Shown one piece after another: positions 49,581 to 59,783 of a stretch of DNA of 64,000 nucleotides. The stretch lies in the NCBI GenBank assembly GCA_963664825.1, contig OY761614.1, positions 128,001 to 192,000 of the forward strand. Reading direction: 5' to 3'. This DNA comes from an uncultured Holophaga sp. (lineage in GTDB: Bacteria; Acidobacteriota; Holophagae; Holophagales; Holophagaceae). The notes under the pieces are model-generated. The model was not told where the DNA came from. It was given only the letters and a program-made list of their open reading frames with translations, and ran no database searches. A program made the position numbers and the translations under genes. Each line of letters starts with the position of its first letter. Within the stretch, counting starts at the first letter, position 1.

Positions 49581-51217
49581 CCATGGCCCCCCCTTTCCTC
49601 CGCATCCTCCTGGTGGAAGATTCCGATCTGGACGCCCTCCTGATCCAGCGACACCTGCAAAAGGCCGGGCTGGATTTCGAGGTGCACCGGGCCGTATCGG
49701 TTGCCGAGGCCCTCTCCACCCTGGCCTCCGTGCAAATCGATCTGATCCTCACGGATTACCGGCTCCCGGGGGGGGATGGCCTCGCCCTCAGCCGCGCCGT
49801 CCAGGCGATGGATCCCGATCTGCCCTGCATCCTGGTCTCGGGCCAGATCGGGGAGGATATCGCAGTGGAAGCCCTCCACGCCGGGGCCCGGGATTTCATC
49901 CTCAAGGGCCATCTGGCCCGTCTGGTCCCGGCCATCCAGCGCGAACAGGCCGAGACGGTCCTGCGGCGCCAGCGCCACAGCCTGGAAGCCGCGGAGATTG
50001 GGCAGGCGAAATTCCTCCAGACCCTCCTGGATACCCTTCCCAACCCCGTCTTCTTCAAGGATCGCGAGGGCCGGTACCAGGGATGCAACCGGGCCTTCGA
50101 GTGCGCCTTCGGCGTGTCGAAGGCAGATCTCTGCGGCAAGACCGTCTTCGAGCTCCTGCCCAAGACGATGGCCGAACACCTCCATGCCCAGGATCAGGCC
50201 CTCCTGGCGCATTCCGGGATCCAGTTCTACCAATCCCAGGTGCAATTCGCCGATGGAACCCTCCACGAGGTGGTGATCTCCAAGGCCACCTACATGGACG
50301 GGACCACCCAAGGGGTGGTGGGCACACTCATGGATATCACCGCGCGCAAGAAGGCCGAGGACGAGCGCCAGCAAATGGAGGCACAGTTGCGCCAGGCCCA
50401 GAAACTGGAGGCCATCGGACAGCTCGCCGCAGGCATCGCCCATGAGATCAACACCCCCACCCAATACATCGGGGACAACGCGATCTTCCTGCGGGATGCC
50501 TTCCAAAATGTGCTGGGGTTCCTCGCCGAACTCCAACAGGAAAGCACGGCGGACACCCTCCCGGATCCAGGCACCCTGAAGGACCGGATCGAGGCCCTGG
50601 ATCTGGATTACCTCCGGGAGGAGATCCCCCGAGCCATCCAGCAGAGCCTGGAGGGCGTGGACCGGGTCTCCAGGATCGTATCGGCCATGAAGGACTTCTC
50701 CCATCCGGGGGGTGCGGCCCAGGAGCAGGTGGACCTCAACCGCGCCATCGAGAGCACCCTCACCGTCTCCCACAACGCCTGGCATTATGTGGCCACCCTC
50801 GAGACGGACTTCGATCCCGAGCTTCCCCTGGTGCCCTGCTTTGCCAGCGAGTTCAACCAGGTGGTGCTCAACCTCCTGGTGAATGCGGCTCACGCCATCG
50901 AGGAGGCAAATGCATCCAAGGGTCCGGGAGCAATGGGCCTCATCCGCGTAAGCACGCGTCGCGTCGGAGACATGGCGGAGATCCGTATCTCGGACACAGG
51001 AACGGGCATCCCTGAGCAGATCCAATCTAGGATCTTCGAGCCCTTCTTCACCACGAAGCCCGTGGGGAAAGGCACGGGCCAGGGCCTCTCCATCGCCCAC
51101 GGCGTGATCGTCGAGAAACACCACGGGAGGATCGATTTCCAGAGTACCCAGGGGAAGGGCACCACCTTCATCCTCCAGTTGCCCCTGCATCCATCAAACA
51201 CGGGGAGGACGTCATGA
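49577..51217 (+). CDS. Cytoplasmic REC-PAS histidine kinase
   Basis: ILLVEDS...TDYRLP receiver, PAS (LPNPVFFKD), and the same kinase core as the upstream gene. Confidence 0.92.
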   Translation: MTMAPPFLRILLVEDSDLDALLIQRHLQKAGLDFEVHRAVSVAEALSTLASVQIDLILTDYRLPGGDGLALSRAVQAMDPDLPCILVSGQIGEDIAVEALHAGARDFILKGHLARLVPAIQREQAETVLRRQRHSLEAAEIGQAKFLQTLLDTLPNPVFFKDREGRYQGCNRAFECAFGVSKADLCGKTVFELLPKTMAEHLHAQDQALLAHSGIQFYQSQVQFADGTLHEVVISKATYMDGTTQGVVGTLMDITARKKAEDERQQMEAQLRQAQKLEAIGQLAAGIAHEINTPTQYIGDNAIFLRDAFQNVLGFLAELQQESTADTLPDPGTLKDRIEALDLDYLREEIPRAIQQSLEGVDRVSRIVSAMKDFSHPGGAAQEQVDLNRAIESTLTVSHNAWHYVATLETDFDPELPLVPCFASEFNQVVLNLLVNAAHAIEEANASKGPGAMGLIRVSTRRVGDMAEIRISDTGTGIPEQIQSRIFEPFFTTKPVGKGTGQGLSIAHGVIVEKHHGRIDFQSTQGKGTTFILQLPLHPSNTGRTS

Positions 51218-51275
51218 TTACGCAGCAGGAGCGCAGGGCTACGTGGCCGCAGGCACAGCCCACAGGAGGTGCAGC

Positions 51276-52466
51276 ATGAAGCAGCGCATCCTCTTCGTGG
51301 ACGACGAGCCCAATGTCCTGAGCGGCCTGCAGCGCATGCTGCGCAGCATGCGGAGCGAGTGGGACATGCGTTTCTGCGAAAGCGGGGCCCAGGCCCTGGA
51401 GGAAATGGCGCGCCAACCCTTCGATGTGGTCGTTTCCGATATGCGGATGCCGGGCATGAACGGTGCTGAGTTCCTGCGGGAGACCATGCACCGCTATCCC
51501 AGCACCGTGCGCATCGTGCTCTCGGGCCATGCGGAACGGGATCTGGTGAATCAATGCGTGGGCATCGCCCAGCAGTACATCTCCAAGCCCTGCGATCCCG
51601 AGCAACTCAAGTCCCTGATCCACAACGCCACCCTCATCGGCGGGAATATGGTGGCCGAGGGCGTCAAGCGCATCATCGGTTCCATCGAACGCCTGCCCAG
51701 CGCTCCCTACCTGTACGTGGAATTGGTGGAGGCCTTGAAGGAAGAAAATGTCACCACGCGGTCCCTGGGCGAGATCATCCAGCAGGATATGGGCATGACC
51801 GCCAAGATCCTCAAGCTGGTCAATAGCGCCTTTTTCGGCCTGCGTCGAACCATCGAGAGCCCGCAGGAAGCCCTAGTGTATCTGGGGATCGATACCATCA
51901 AGGGCCTCGTGCTGGCCAACGGCATCTTCGAATACGCTAGGCCCCTCGAAATTCACGCCCTCACCATCCAAGATCTCTGGGATCGCAGCCTCCTGGTGGG
52001 CAATGGCGCCAAACGCCTGGCCAAGACCGAGGGGCTCAGCCGGGAACTCCAAGAGGAGACCTTCGTGGGAGGGGTGCTCCACGATCTCGGTGTGCTCCTC
52101 CTGGCCTACAATTTCCCCCATCAATACGAGCGGGTGGCTGAGATGGTCCAGGCCGAGGGGATTAGCATCTCCATTGCCGAACAGTGGGAATTTGGAGTCA
52201 CCCACGCCGAGGTCGGAGCCTACCTGCTGGGCCTGTGGGGCATCCCGGCCTCCATCCTCAATATCGTCAGCCTGCATCACCACCCTGGGCGGACCCCCTG
52301 CCCCAGTTTCTCGCCCCTGCTCGCCGTCCACCTGGCCGGCGTCTTTTCCAAGACCCATCCCCTTTTCGCCACCAGCCCACTGGATACCAAACTGCTAGAC
52401 ACCCGTGGTTTCACTCCCCACCTTGAGCGCTGGCGGGCGATCATCACCGAGACCTCGCTCGATTGA
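51276..52466 (+). CDS. REC-HDOD protein
   Basis: ILFVDDE, SDMRMP; LPSAP...QDMGMTAKILKLVNSAFFG, LHDLG and THAEVGAYLLGLW. Confidence 0.9.
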   Translation: MKQRILFVDDEPNVLSGLQRMLRSMRSEWDMRFCESGAQALEEMARQPFDVVVSDMRMPGMNGAEFLRETMHRYPSTVRIVLSGHAERDLVNQCVGIAQQYISKPCDPEQLKSLIHNATLIGGNMVAEGVKRIIGSIERLPSAPYLYVELVEALKEENVTTRSLGEIIQQDMGMTAKILKLVNSAFFGLRRTIESPQEALVYLGIDTIKGLVLANGIFEYARPLEIHALTIQDLWDRSLLVGNGAKRLAKTEGLSRELQEETFVGGVLHDLGVLLLAYNFPHQYERVAEMVQAEGISISIAEQWEFGVTHAEVGAYLLGLWGIPASILNIVSLHHHPGRTPCPSFSPLLAVHLAGVFSKTHPLFATSPLDTKLLDTRGFTPHLERWRAIITETSLD

Positions 52467-52483
52467 CCCCAGCTGGAGGCAAC

Positions 52484-53635
52484 ATGACCCAGAAGATCCT
52501 GCTCGTGGATGACGACGAGAACATCCTTCAGGGCTACCAACGGAACCTGCATCGAGGCTTCGAACTGGTGGTGGCCTCCTGGGGGGCCCAGGCCATCCAG
52601 ATCCTGGAGGACGACGGCCCCTACGCGGTGCTGGTGGCCGATATGCGGATGCCCGGGATGTCGGGGCTGGAGCTGCTGGAAATAGCCCGCCAGCGCTGGC
52701 CCGGCACCATCCGGATCATGCTCACGGGCAATGCCGAACAGAAGACCGCTGTGGACGCGGTCAACCACGGCCAGGTCTTCCGCTTCCTGACCAAGCCCTG
52801 CCCTCCCGAGGAGCTGGCCCTGGCCATCGAGGCCGGCCTCCGCCAGTATCAGCTCCAGGAAGCCGAGCGGATCCTCCTGGAGAAGACGCTGACTGGCAGC
52901 CTCCAGGTGCTCACCGATCTCCTTTCGCTGCTGGACCCGGAAGCCTTCGGATGGGCCCAGATCATCCGAGATCGGGCCCGGAGAGTGGCCCTCCACCTTG
53001 GTTACTCCCAGGTCTGGTGCCTGGAGATCGCCGCCCTGCTGGCGCCCATCGGCAAGCTCACGCTGCCCGCGGGACTGGAGGCGCGAGCTCGAAGCGGAGG
53101 CCCCATGACCCCCCAGGAGTTGCTGTTCCTGGAGCGCATCCCCGAGACCGGAGCCCAGCTCCTGGGCTCCATCCCCCGCATGGAGAAAGTGGTCGAGATC
53201 ATCCGCTACCAGGCCAAGCACTACAGCGGCGCAGGCTTCCCCCACGATGGACTGAAGGGAGAGGACATCCCCTGGGGCTCGCGAATCCTCCTGCCCCTTC
53301 AGCATTTCACCGAAGTCGAACGCACCCGCCGCAATATCTTCGTGGCCATGGAGGAGCTCAAGCTCCACGCCAACTGGTACGACCCCCGGGTGCTCTCGGC
53401 CATGAAGGACTGCCTCCTGCCCCTGCCCGGAGGGGCCAAGGTCTCCGAGAAGGTGAATCCCCACCCGGCCCGCTTCCTGGAGGCGGGCATGTGCCTGGCC
53501 GCCGATCTCAAGACTCAGACCGGGAAGGTGGTGATCTATGCCGGCACAAGGCTCTGCCCCCCCCACATCATGCTGATCCGCGATATGGCCGAACTGCTCG
53601 GCCTCGAGGAGCCCGCCTACGTGCTCGGTTCCTGA
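52484..53635 (+). CDS. REC plus degenerate HD-GYP domain protein
   Basis: Receiver, then LLAPIGKL where LHDIGK is expected; YSGAGFP.DGLKGEDIPWGSRIL and YDP. Confidence 0.85.
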   Translation: MTQKILLVDDDENILQGYQRNLHRGFELVVASWGAQAIQILEDDGPYAVLVADMRMPGMSGLELLEIARQRWPGTIRIMLTGNAEQKTAVDAVNHGQVFRFLTKPCPPEELALAIEAGLRQYQLQEAERILLEKTLTGSLQVLTDLLSLLDPEAFGWAQIIRDRARRVALHLGYSQVWCLEIAALLAPIGKLTLPAGLEARARSGGPMTPQELLFLERIPETGAQLLGSIPRMEKVVEIIRYQAKHYSGAGFPHDGLKGEDIPWGSRILLPLQHFTEVERTRRNIFVAMEELKLHANWYDPRVLSAMKDCLLPLPGGAKVSEKVNPHPARFLEAGMCLAADLKTQTGKVVIYAGTRLCPPHIMLIRDMAELLGLEEPAYVLGS

Positions 53636-53646
53636 AGGGGAAAGCG

Positions 53647-54795
53647 ATGAACACCAAGATCCTGTTCGTGGATGACGAGGAGAATATCCTGCTGGCCTAT
53701 GCCCGCAGCCTGCGAAAACGCTTCCAGATGTCGACGGCCCTGGGGGGACAGGAGGCCCTCTACCGGTTGCAGCACGAGGGCCCCTTTGCCGTGATCATCA
53801 CGGATATGCGGATGCCGGGCATGGACGGCGTGCAGCTCCTGGAGGAAGCCCAGCTGTGTTCCCCGGACACGGTGCGCATGATGCTCACCGGCAACTCCGA
53901 TCAGCAGACCGCCATGGAGGCGGTGAACAAGGGCGCCATCTTCCGCTTCCTTACCAAGCCCTGCGACACGGAGGATCTGGCCAGGGCCCTCGGGGCCGCC
54001 CTGGAACAGCATCGCCTGCTCACGGTGGAAAAGGATCTCCTGGAGCGCACGCTCAAGGGTGCCATCCTGATGCTCGGCGAACTGCTATCCATGCTGGACC
54101 CGGCCTCCTTCGGACGCTCCCAGCAGGTGGCCGATCTGGCCAAGCGCATCGGCCAGGAGATGGCCATGGAAGATGCCTGGATGATGGAGGTCGCCGCCGT
54201 GCTCGCCCATATCGGCATCCATACCCTGCCCCCCACCGTGCTGGCCAAGCTGCAGAGCGGCGCCTTCATGGGGGCCGTGGAGCGGGAGATGTGCCATTCC
54301 ATCCCCGAGATCGGTGCCAATCTCATCCGCTGCATTCCACGCCTGGACGATGTGGCCAGCATCGTCTATTACGGCCAGAAGAATTTCAATGGCACGGGCT
54401 TTCCCCCCGACGACGTCAAGGGCGACCTGCTGCCCATGGGATCGCGGATTCTAAGGGTGGCTTCGGATTTCGTCACGGTCCTCGCCCAGAAGGGTTCTTC
54501 CAGCGCCGCCATCCGAGACATGTCCACCCGCCTGGCCTGGTACGACCCCAGGGTGCTCCAGACCCTGCGGGCCCTCCTGGCCCACCGGGAGGATCTCGAT
54601 AGCGAGCAGTCCCTTCGCCCCGTCACCTTCGAAGAACTCCAGGTGGGCCAGCGCCTGGCGGAAAATGTCGAGACCCTGGAGACCTGGATGGTGCTGCCAA
54701 AAAATACGGTCATCGGCAGAACCCACCTGGAGAAGATGCGGAATTTCCACCGGCTCACCGGGCTTAAGGAACCCATCCTCGTCTTTGACGAATAG
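53647..54795 (+). CDS. REC plus degenerate HD-GYP domain protein (paralog)
   Basis: Receiver, then VLAHIGIH, FNGTGFP..VKGDLLPMGSRIL and YDP. Confidence 0.85.
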   Translation: MNTKILFVDDEENILLAYARSLRKRFQMSTALGGQEALYRLQHEGPFAVIITDMRMPGMDGVQLLEEAQLCSPDTVRMMLTGNSDQQTAMEAVNKGAIFRFLTKPCDTEDLARALGAALEQHRLLTVEKDLLERTLKGAILMLGELLSMLDPASFGRSQQVADLAKRIGQEMAMEDAWMMEVAAVLAHIGIHTLPPTVLAKLQSGAFMGAVEREMCHSIPEIGANLIRCIPRLDDVASIVYYGQKNFNGTGFPPDDVKGDLLPMGSRILRVASDFVTVLAQKGSSSAAIRDMSTRLAWYDPRVLQTLRALLAHREDLDSEQSLRPVTFEELQVGQRLAENVETLETWMVLPKNTVIGRTHLEKMRNFHRLTGLKEPILVFDE

Positions 54796-54834
54796 CCCTG
54801 GGCCACACAGCCGTTCCTAGGGACAGAACGCGGC

Positions 54835-55725
54835 CTAGCCTTGCTGCGGCACAGGGTTGGCCTTGCTCCCCACCCGGGAGGCCAGCCACCCGGCCAAACA
54901 GATGATCGCTCCACCCCCCCCAAGGCGAAGCCAGATGGCCTTTTCCCGGAAGAGCAGAAGGGCCACGAGCACGGCCAAGGGGATCTTGAGATCGTTCATC
55001 ACGGCCAGGACGCCTGCGTTCACCTTCAGAGCCCCCACATTCCAGAGGAAGAAGCACAACCCCGAGGCGATCCCACCCAGGTAGAAGAGCACACCCCATT
55101 GGGTCCAGCTCAAGACAGGCAGCCCTTGGCGCGCCAGGGCGGGCAGGGCCGCGAGACCTGCCACCGCGGCGGCTCCCACCGCACACCAGGCGAAGGCTTC
55201 GGAATTTTTGAGCCCCAGGCCTCGGCCCATGGCCCGGCGATACCAGATCTGTCCGAGGGCGAAGCACAGATTGGAGGCCTGGATCAGCAGAAGCCCTCGC
55301 AGGGAGGCCGATCCCCAACCCTTCAACCCCATATCCAGGACACCAAGGCTGATGGCGGTCCCCAGCGCCGAGAGCAGCGCGCATCCCAGGAAAGCCCACT
55401 GGATCCGGCGCTCCAGGAGATCATCGAGCAGGACCACATAGAGGGGAGTCATGATGGTGGCCAGGGCCGCCTCGTAGGCTTTCAACATTCCAAAGGAGCG
55501 CGTGTAGAAGAAATACATCGCTCCGAATTGAATCGCCCCAATGGCGGCGAGTTCCAGGGCCTTCCGGGCGCCCGCCTTCTTCCAGGGCAGGAAGGGCAGG
55601 AACACCGCCAGGCTGAGCCCCAGACGGATGGCGTTGACGAAGTCCGGGGGCACGGTGACCAGGTAGGTCTTGATGAGGCTGAAGGAGGCAGCCCAGATGA
55701 AGGAGACCAGGAGGAGATTCAGCAA
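54835..55725 (-). CDS. EamA/DMT-family transporter (YigM/BioP-like)
   Basis: About 10 TM; IWAASFSLI, RLGLSLAVFLPFL, TPLYVVL and YLGGIASGLCFFLWN; start uncertain. Confidence 0.82.
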   Translation of the reverse strand: MLNLLLVSFIWAASFSLIKTYLVTVPPDFVNAIRLGLSLAVFLPFLPWKKAGARKALELAAIGAIQFGAMYFFYTRSFGMLKAYEAALATIMTPLYVVLLDDLLERRIQWAFLGCALLSALGTAISLGVLDMGLKGWGSASLRGLLLIQASNLCFALGQIWYRRAMGRGLGLKNSEAFAWCAVGAAAVAGLAALPALARQGLPVLSWTQWGVLFYLGGIASGLCFFLWNVGALKVNAGVLAVMNDLKIPLAVLVALLLFREKAIWLRLGGGGAIICLAGWLASRVGSKANPVPQQG

Positions 55726-56399
55726 CGTCGCAAGACTTCCATCACACACCTCTCGATCCCGATCCACACATCGCTCAGCCTCGCGTCGTCAAACATGTAG
55801 GCGGGGGTGGTGACGAGCTTGCAGGCCTCGTCGATGACGATCTCCCGGGCCGAAGCGACGCTCTGATAGGCATGGCCCAGCTTCTCCATGGTCGCCCGAA
55901 CCTCCGGCCCCTTCCCCAGCGTCAGGCGCGCCGCTTTCCCCTGCTGGGCCAGGCAAAGGGCGACCAGGGCCGGCGCGATGCAGATGGCCCCCACGGGCTT
56001 CCCAGCCTGGAAGAAGCCCTGGATGAAGGCGGCTACCTCCGGGCGCACCTCGGCCTCCGCCCCCCGGGACGCGAAGTCGCAGAGATTCTTGGCGACGCCC
56101 AACCCGCCCGGAAGCAGCAGGGCATCGTAGTCCGAGGGTTGGGCTTGGGCCAGATCCAGGCATTTCCCCGCCCGCGCGATGCGGCTCGCTTCCTCCAGGA
56201 TATTGCGCGCCCCTCCAGCCACGACCTGCCCCGTGGCATGGTTCAGCACGCCCGCCTGGGGGGCGTCCGGCGCGAGGCACTGGTACTCGGCCCCATGCTG
56301 ATCCAAGGCCAGCAAGGTAAAGACCGCTTCGCGGATCTCCGCCCCATCCCCATGCCCACACCCTGCCAGAAGGACGGCGACCTTGGGAACGCGGGCCAT
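55719..56399 (-). CDS. elbB: ElbB/ES1-family glyoxalase (DJ-1/GATase-like)
   Basis: VLLAGCGHGDGAEIREAV, RNILEEASRIAR, PGGLGVAKNL, ICIAP and TTPAYM. Confidence 0.9.
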   Translation of the reverse strand: MARVPKVAVLLAGCGHGDGAEIREAVFTLLALDQHGAEYQCLAPDAPQAGVLNHATGQVVAGGARNILEEASRIARAGKCLDLAQAQPSDYDALLLPGGLGVAKNLCDFASRGAEAEVRPEVAAFIQGFFQAGKPVGAICIAPALVALCLAQQGKAARLTLGKGPEVRATMEKLGHAYQSVASAREIVIDEACKLVTTPAYMFDDARLSDVWIGIERCVMEVLRRC

Positions 56400-56568
56400 G
56401 GCAGCCTCCAGAAAAGGGATTCGGAAAGAGTATGACGACAGAACCTGTGGCTCACAAAATAAGAAAAAAACGATGTTTCAAAATTCCAACAAATACCGGT
56501 CTAGAATCGGAAAGGTTTGAATCATTTTTTTCTCTCGAGTAGATAAATTTACCACACTGGAGGCAGGC

Positions 56569-59500
56569 ATGTCCTTTAGGAAACTCACGGCCCACATGGG
56601 CCTTGCGCTTGTGTGCGCCCTATCCCTGGGGCTGACACTCGCATGCGGAGGCGGAGGCGGATCCAAGGCAGTGGCACAGAGCGTCAAGGCCGCCGCACCC
56701 ACCATCACGACCCAACCCATGCCAGCACGCACTGTCACGGAAGGCGCCAGCGCCTCCTTCAGCGTGACCGCGACCAGCCCGGATGGCGGCACCCTCTCCT
56801 ACCAGTGGATGAAGGGCACCACCGCCCTGACCGGCAAAACCACCAGCGACCTCGCCATTAATCCCGTCGCACTCACGGACGCTGGCAGCTATACCGTCGT
56901 CGTCACAAACACATTGAACGGCACCGCCGCCAGCACCACCAGCAACTCTGCCGTGCTCACCGTCAACGCGAAGGCCAGTGCGCCCACCATCACCACCCAG
57001 CCCACGGCAACACAGACCGCACTTGTGGGGACCAGCGCCTCTATCAGCGTGAGCGCAACCAGCCCAGATGGCGGCACCCTCTCCTACCAGTGGATGAAGG
57101 GAACCACCCCTGTTGGTGGTAACAACAGCAGCCTGACTCTGAATCCAGTCGCCCTCTCGGACGCGGGCAGCTACACCGTTGTCGTCACAAACACACTGAA
57201 CGGCACAGCAGCCATCGCCACAAGCGATGCGTCTGTACTCACCGTTACAGTTCCCCAGGCTAGTGCGCCCATCATTAGAGCCCAGCCCACGCCAACGCTC
57301 ACAGTCACGGAAGGCGCCAGCGCCTTCTTCAGCGTGGACGCAACCAGCCCAGATGGTGGCACCCTCTCCTACCTATGGATGAAGGGCACCACCCCTGTTG
57401 CCAGTATCAACAGCAGCCTGACCCTGAACCCTGTCGCCCTCTCGGACGCGGGCAGCTACACCGTCGTCGTCACGAACACATTGTTCGGCACGACAGCCAT
57501 CGCGACGAGCGATCCGGCCGTACTCGTTGTCACCGAAGCGACGTTAACGATCGCGCAGGATCTGGCCTCCACCGAAGTCACCGTCCCGGATGGCGCGACC
57601 TTTACCGTCCAGACCACCGGAGGCAATCGGAACGCCCTTCACTACACCTGGACGAGGGAAAGGAAGACCCCCGGTGATGTCAGTGATACGGCGGCTGATA
57701 TAGCGTTCACTTATCAAGACAAACCCACACTAACCATCACCGCCACGGATCTGCGGCATGTGGCTGATGCTTACAGGGTGACCGTAACCGATGGCGTGAC
57801 GACCCTCACCAGCAGCACTGCCACGCTGGCGGTCAAGGCCCCCAAGCCTGTCTACGCCGGGGATCCTCTCCAGAATCTCGACCCCGCCCATCTCTACGAA
57901 GTGCACGGATCCTATTACCTCTCGGCACCCGCCGATACCGCCTTGGGATCCTTCCGCTACGGGTACGATTCCACCGTGCTGAACCCCGCCTGGTCCGCCG
58001 CCTGCTTCTTCCCCATTATGGGCAACTTTACCCAGTCACGACCGGATGGAACCAACGCCTATCCCACCGATGACCACATCACGCTGGGCACGCCCCTGGA
58101 TGCCAGCGCCTACACCGGAACCGGGTACAGCCGCGGCCATCAGACGGGCTACGCAGATCTCGCGAACCGCTTCGGCCAGGCCGCCGGCAATTCCACGATG
58201 TTCATGACCAATATGTGTCCTCAGACCCAGGTCCTCAATGGAGGCGTTTGGGTGCAACTGGCGGATGCCATCAACGGGGGAATCAGTTCCACCTCCTTCA
58301 CCAACTCCTTCGGGCGCGTCTGGGTCTACACGGGTCCCATCTTTGCCGAAGCGGTGGTATCACCCATCGGTATCCGCAGCATCCCAGTTCCATCGGCCTT
58401 CTACAACGTCATCGTGCGGGAAACCGAGACCGCGGGTGGCCCCGTGGGTACCCCCAAGGTGCTCGCCCTGATCACGCCTCACAGCACCACCATCTGGGAC
58501 GCCACCCTTTCCACCCCGGCATATCGCAACCTGACCCTGGCCGATTGCTGGAAGTACGTCACCACCGTCGATCGGGTGCAGGCACTCACGGGGCTCACGT
58601 TCTTCCCCTCGCCCGCCTCTCCCCTGTCCGCCGAGTTCACATCCACGGTGGACGTGAGAGGCTGGGGCACCACTCTGGAAAACGGCATCGGCAAGCCCAA
58701 TGTCCACATCATTGAGCCGTCCTGGGATTCCACCTACAACCTGGGGCTCCCACTCACGACGGTGAAGGTCAAGACCGGAACAATCAACCAGGGCATCAAG
58801 TTCATCGGCCAAGCCACTACCAGTGGGACAGGCACAGCCTCAACCATCGCCTCCACCACTTGGACATTCGGTGACGGTACAACGGATAACACCCCAAACA
58901 CGACACATGTTTACGCGACTCCTGGCGATTACACGGTCACCTTTACGGCCACGGATGGGGCCGACGTTTCCAACACCGTCAGCCGAAGGATCACAATCAT
59001 CAGTGACATTCCCAGCGCCCCATCCATCTCCCTGATCGCCGACACAAGCACCAATGACACGACCACCAAGACCATCACTTTCACCGTTACGGATGACGCC
59101 ACCGTGGCCAGTTCCATTAATGTCACGGCGACTTCTGATACCCCCAGCGTACTGGCGGATTCTCTCGTCGTAAAAAATACAAATGGCACCTGCACATTGG
59201 ATCTCAAGCCCATCGCGAGCTCCCTGGGCACTTCAAAAGTCACTGTTACAGCCATCAATGCGGCAGGACTTTCTTCGACCCAGAGTTTCACCCTCACTGT
59301 GATTGCCACGCCGAACTACCTGCTCAACGAGACCTTTGAACAAGGATCGCGGGCATCCTACACCACGGCCGGGAACACGGATCTGAAGAGTGGGACATGG
59401 ACCTTCACTCAAGCCTTGCTTGGAAAGGATACGGCCGACATCAAGAATGGTACCCAGGCCGTCCGGTTCCAGAAAAAGGTCGCAGGATCACTCGCCATGA

Positions 59501-59760
59501 CATTCCCCGTGACCAATCCCACAACCGTCAATCTGTCCCATGCACTTTACGGCACCAGCACTGGTTCTGCCGTGTGGGGCCTCTATTATTCTATCAATGG
59601 CGGGGCTTGGACTCAGGCCGGGACTAACGTCACAACGACCTCCCACACTCTGACCACGACGACTTTCCCCGTCAATCTCACAGGGTCCGTGCTCTTCAGG
59701 GTCCAGACCGACGCAACTTCAACGATTCAGCTCAACCTGGATGATTTCCAGATCCAGTAG
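56569..59760 (+). CDS. Large surface lipoprotein: tandem Ig-like repeats, DNA/RNA non-specific (His-Me finger) endonuclease, PKD, Ig-like and C-terminal beta-sandwich domains
   Basis: Lipobox LTLAC; repeats; YSRGHQ..TMFMTNMCPQ..LNGGVW..VYTGP..IPVPSAFY; WTFGDG..HVYATPGDYTVTFT. Confidence 0.88.
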   Translation: MSFRKLTAHMGLALVCALSLGLTLACGGGGGSKAVAQSVKAAAPTITTQPMPARTVTEGASASFSVTATSPDGGTLSYQWMKGTTALTGKTTSDLAINPVALTDAGSYTVVVTNTLNGTAASTTSNSAVLTVNAKASAPTITTQPTATQTALVGTSASISVSATSPDGGTLSYQWMKGTTPVGGNNSSLTLNPVALSDAGSYTVVVTNTLNGTAAIATSDASVLTVTVPQASAPIIRAQPTPTLTVTEGASAFFSVDATSPDGGTLSYLWMKGTTPVASINSSLTLNPVALSDAGSYTVVVTNTLFGTTAIATSDPAVLVVTEATLTIAQDLASTEVTVPDGATFTVQTTGGNRNALHYTWTRERKTPGDVSDTAADIAFTYQDKPTLTITATDLRHVADAYRVTVTDGVTTLTSSTATLAVKAPKPVYAGDPLQNLDPAHLYEVHGSYYLSAPADTALGSFRYGYDSTVLNPAWSAACFFPIMGNFTQSRPDGTNAYPTDDHITLGTPLDASAYTGTGYSRGHQTGYADLANRFGQAAGNSTMFMTNMCPQTQVLNGGVWVQLADAINGGISSTSFTNSFGRVWVYTGPIFAEAVVSPIGIRSIPVPSAFYNVIVRETETAGGPVGTPKVLALITPHSTTIWDATLSTPAYRNLTLADCWKYVTTVDRVQALTGLTFFPSPASPLSAEFTSTVDVRGWGTTLENGIGKPNVHIIEPSWDSTYNLGLPLTTVKVKTGTINQGIKFIGQATTSGTGTASTIASTTWTFGDGTTDNTPNTTHVYATPGDYTVTFTATDGADVSNTVSRRITIISDIPSAPSISLIADTSTNDTTTKTITFTVTDDATVASSINVTATSDTPSVLADSLVVKNTNGTCTLDLKPIASSLGTSKVTVTAINAAGLSSTQSFTLTVIATPNYLLNETFEQGSRASYTTAGNTDLKSGTWTFTQALLGKDTADIKNGTQAVRFQKKVAGSLAMTFPVTNPTTVNLSHALYGTSTGSAVWGLYYSINGGAWTQAGTNVTTTSHTLTTTTFPVNLTGSVLFRVQTDATSTIQLNLDDFQIQ
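56692..57535 (+). repeat. Three tandem 285-bp intragenic repeats (Ig-like domains)
   Basis: ACCAGCCCRGATGGYGGCACCCTCTCCTACC recurs at 56773, 57058 and 57343 (period 285). Confidence 0.9.
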
Positions 59761-59783
59761 TTCACATTGCCTGAATCACCCAC

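Noticed and set aside
56692..57535. Regularly spaced repeats considered as a CRISPR or DGR-like array
   Set aside because: In-frame 285-bp domain repeats with no unique spacers, cas genes or reverse transcriptase
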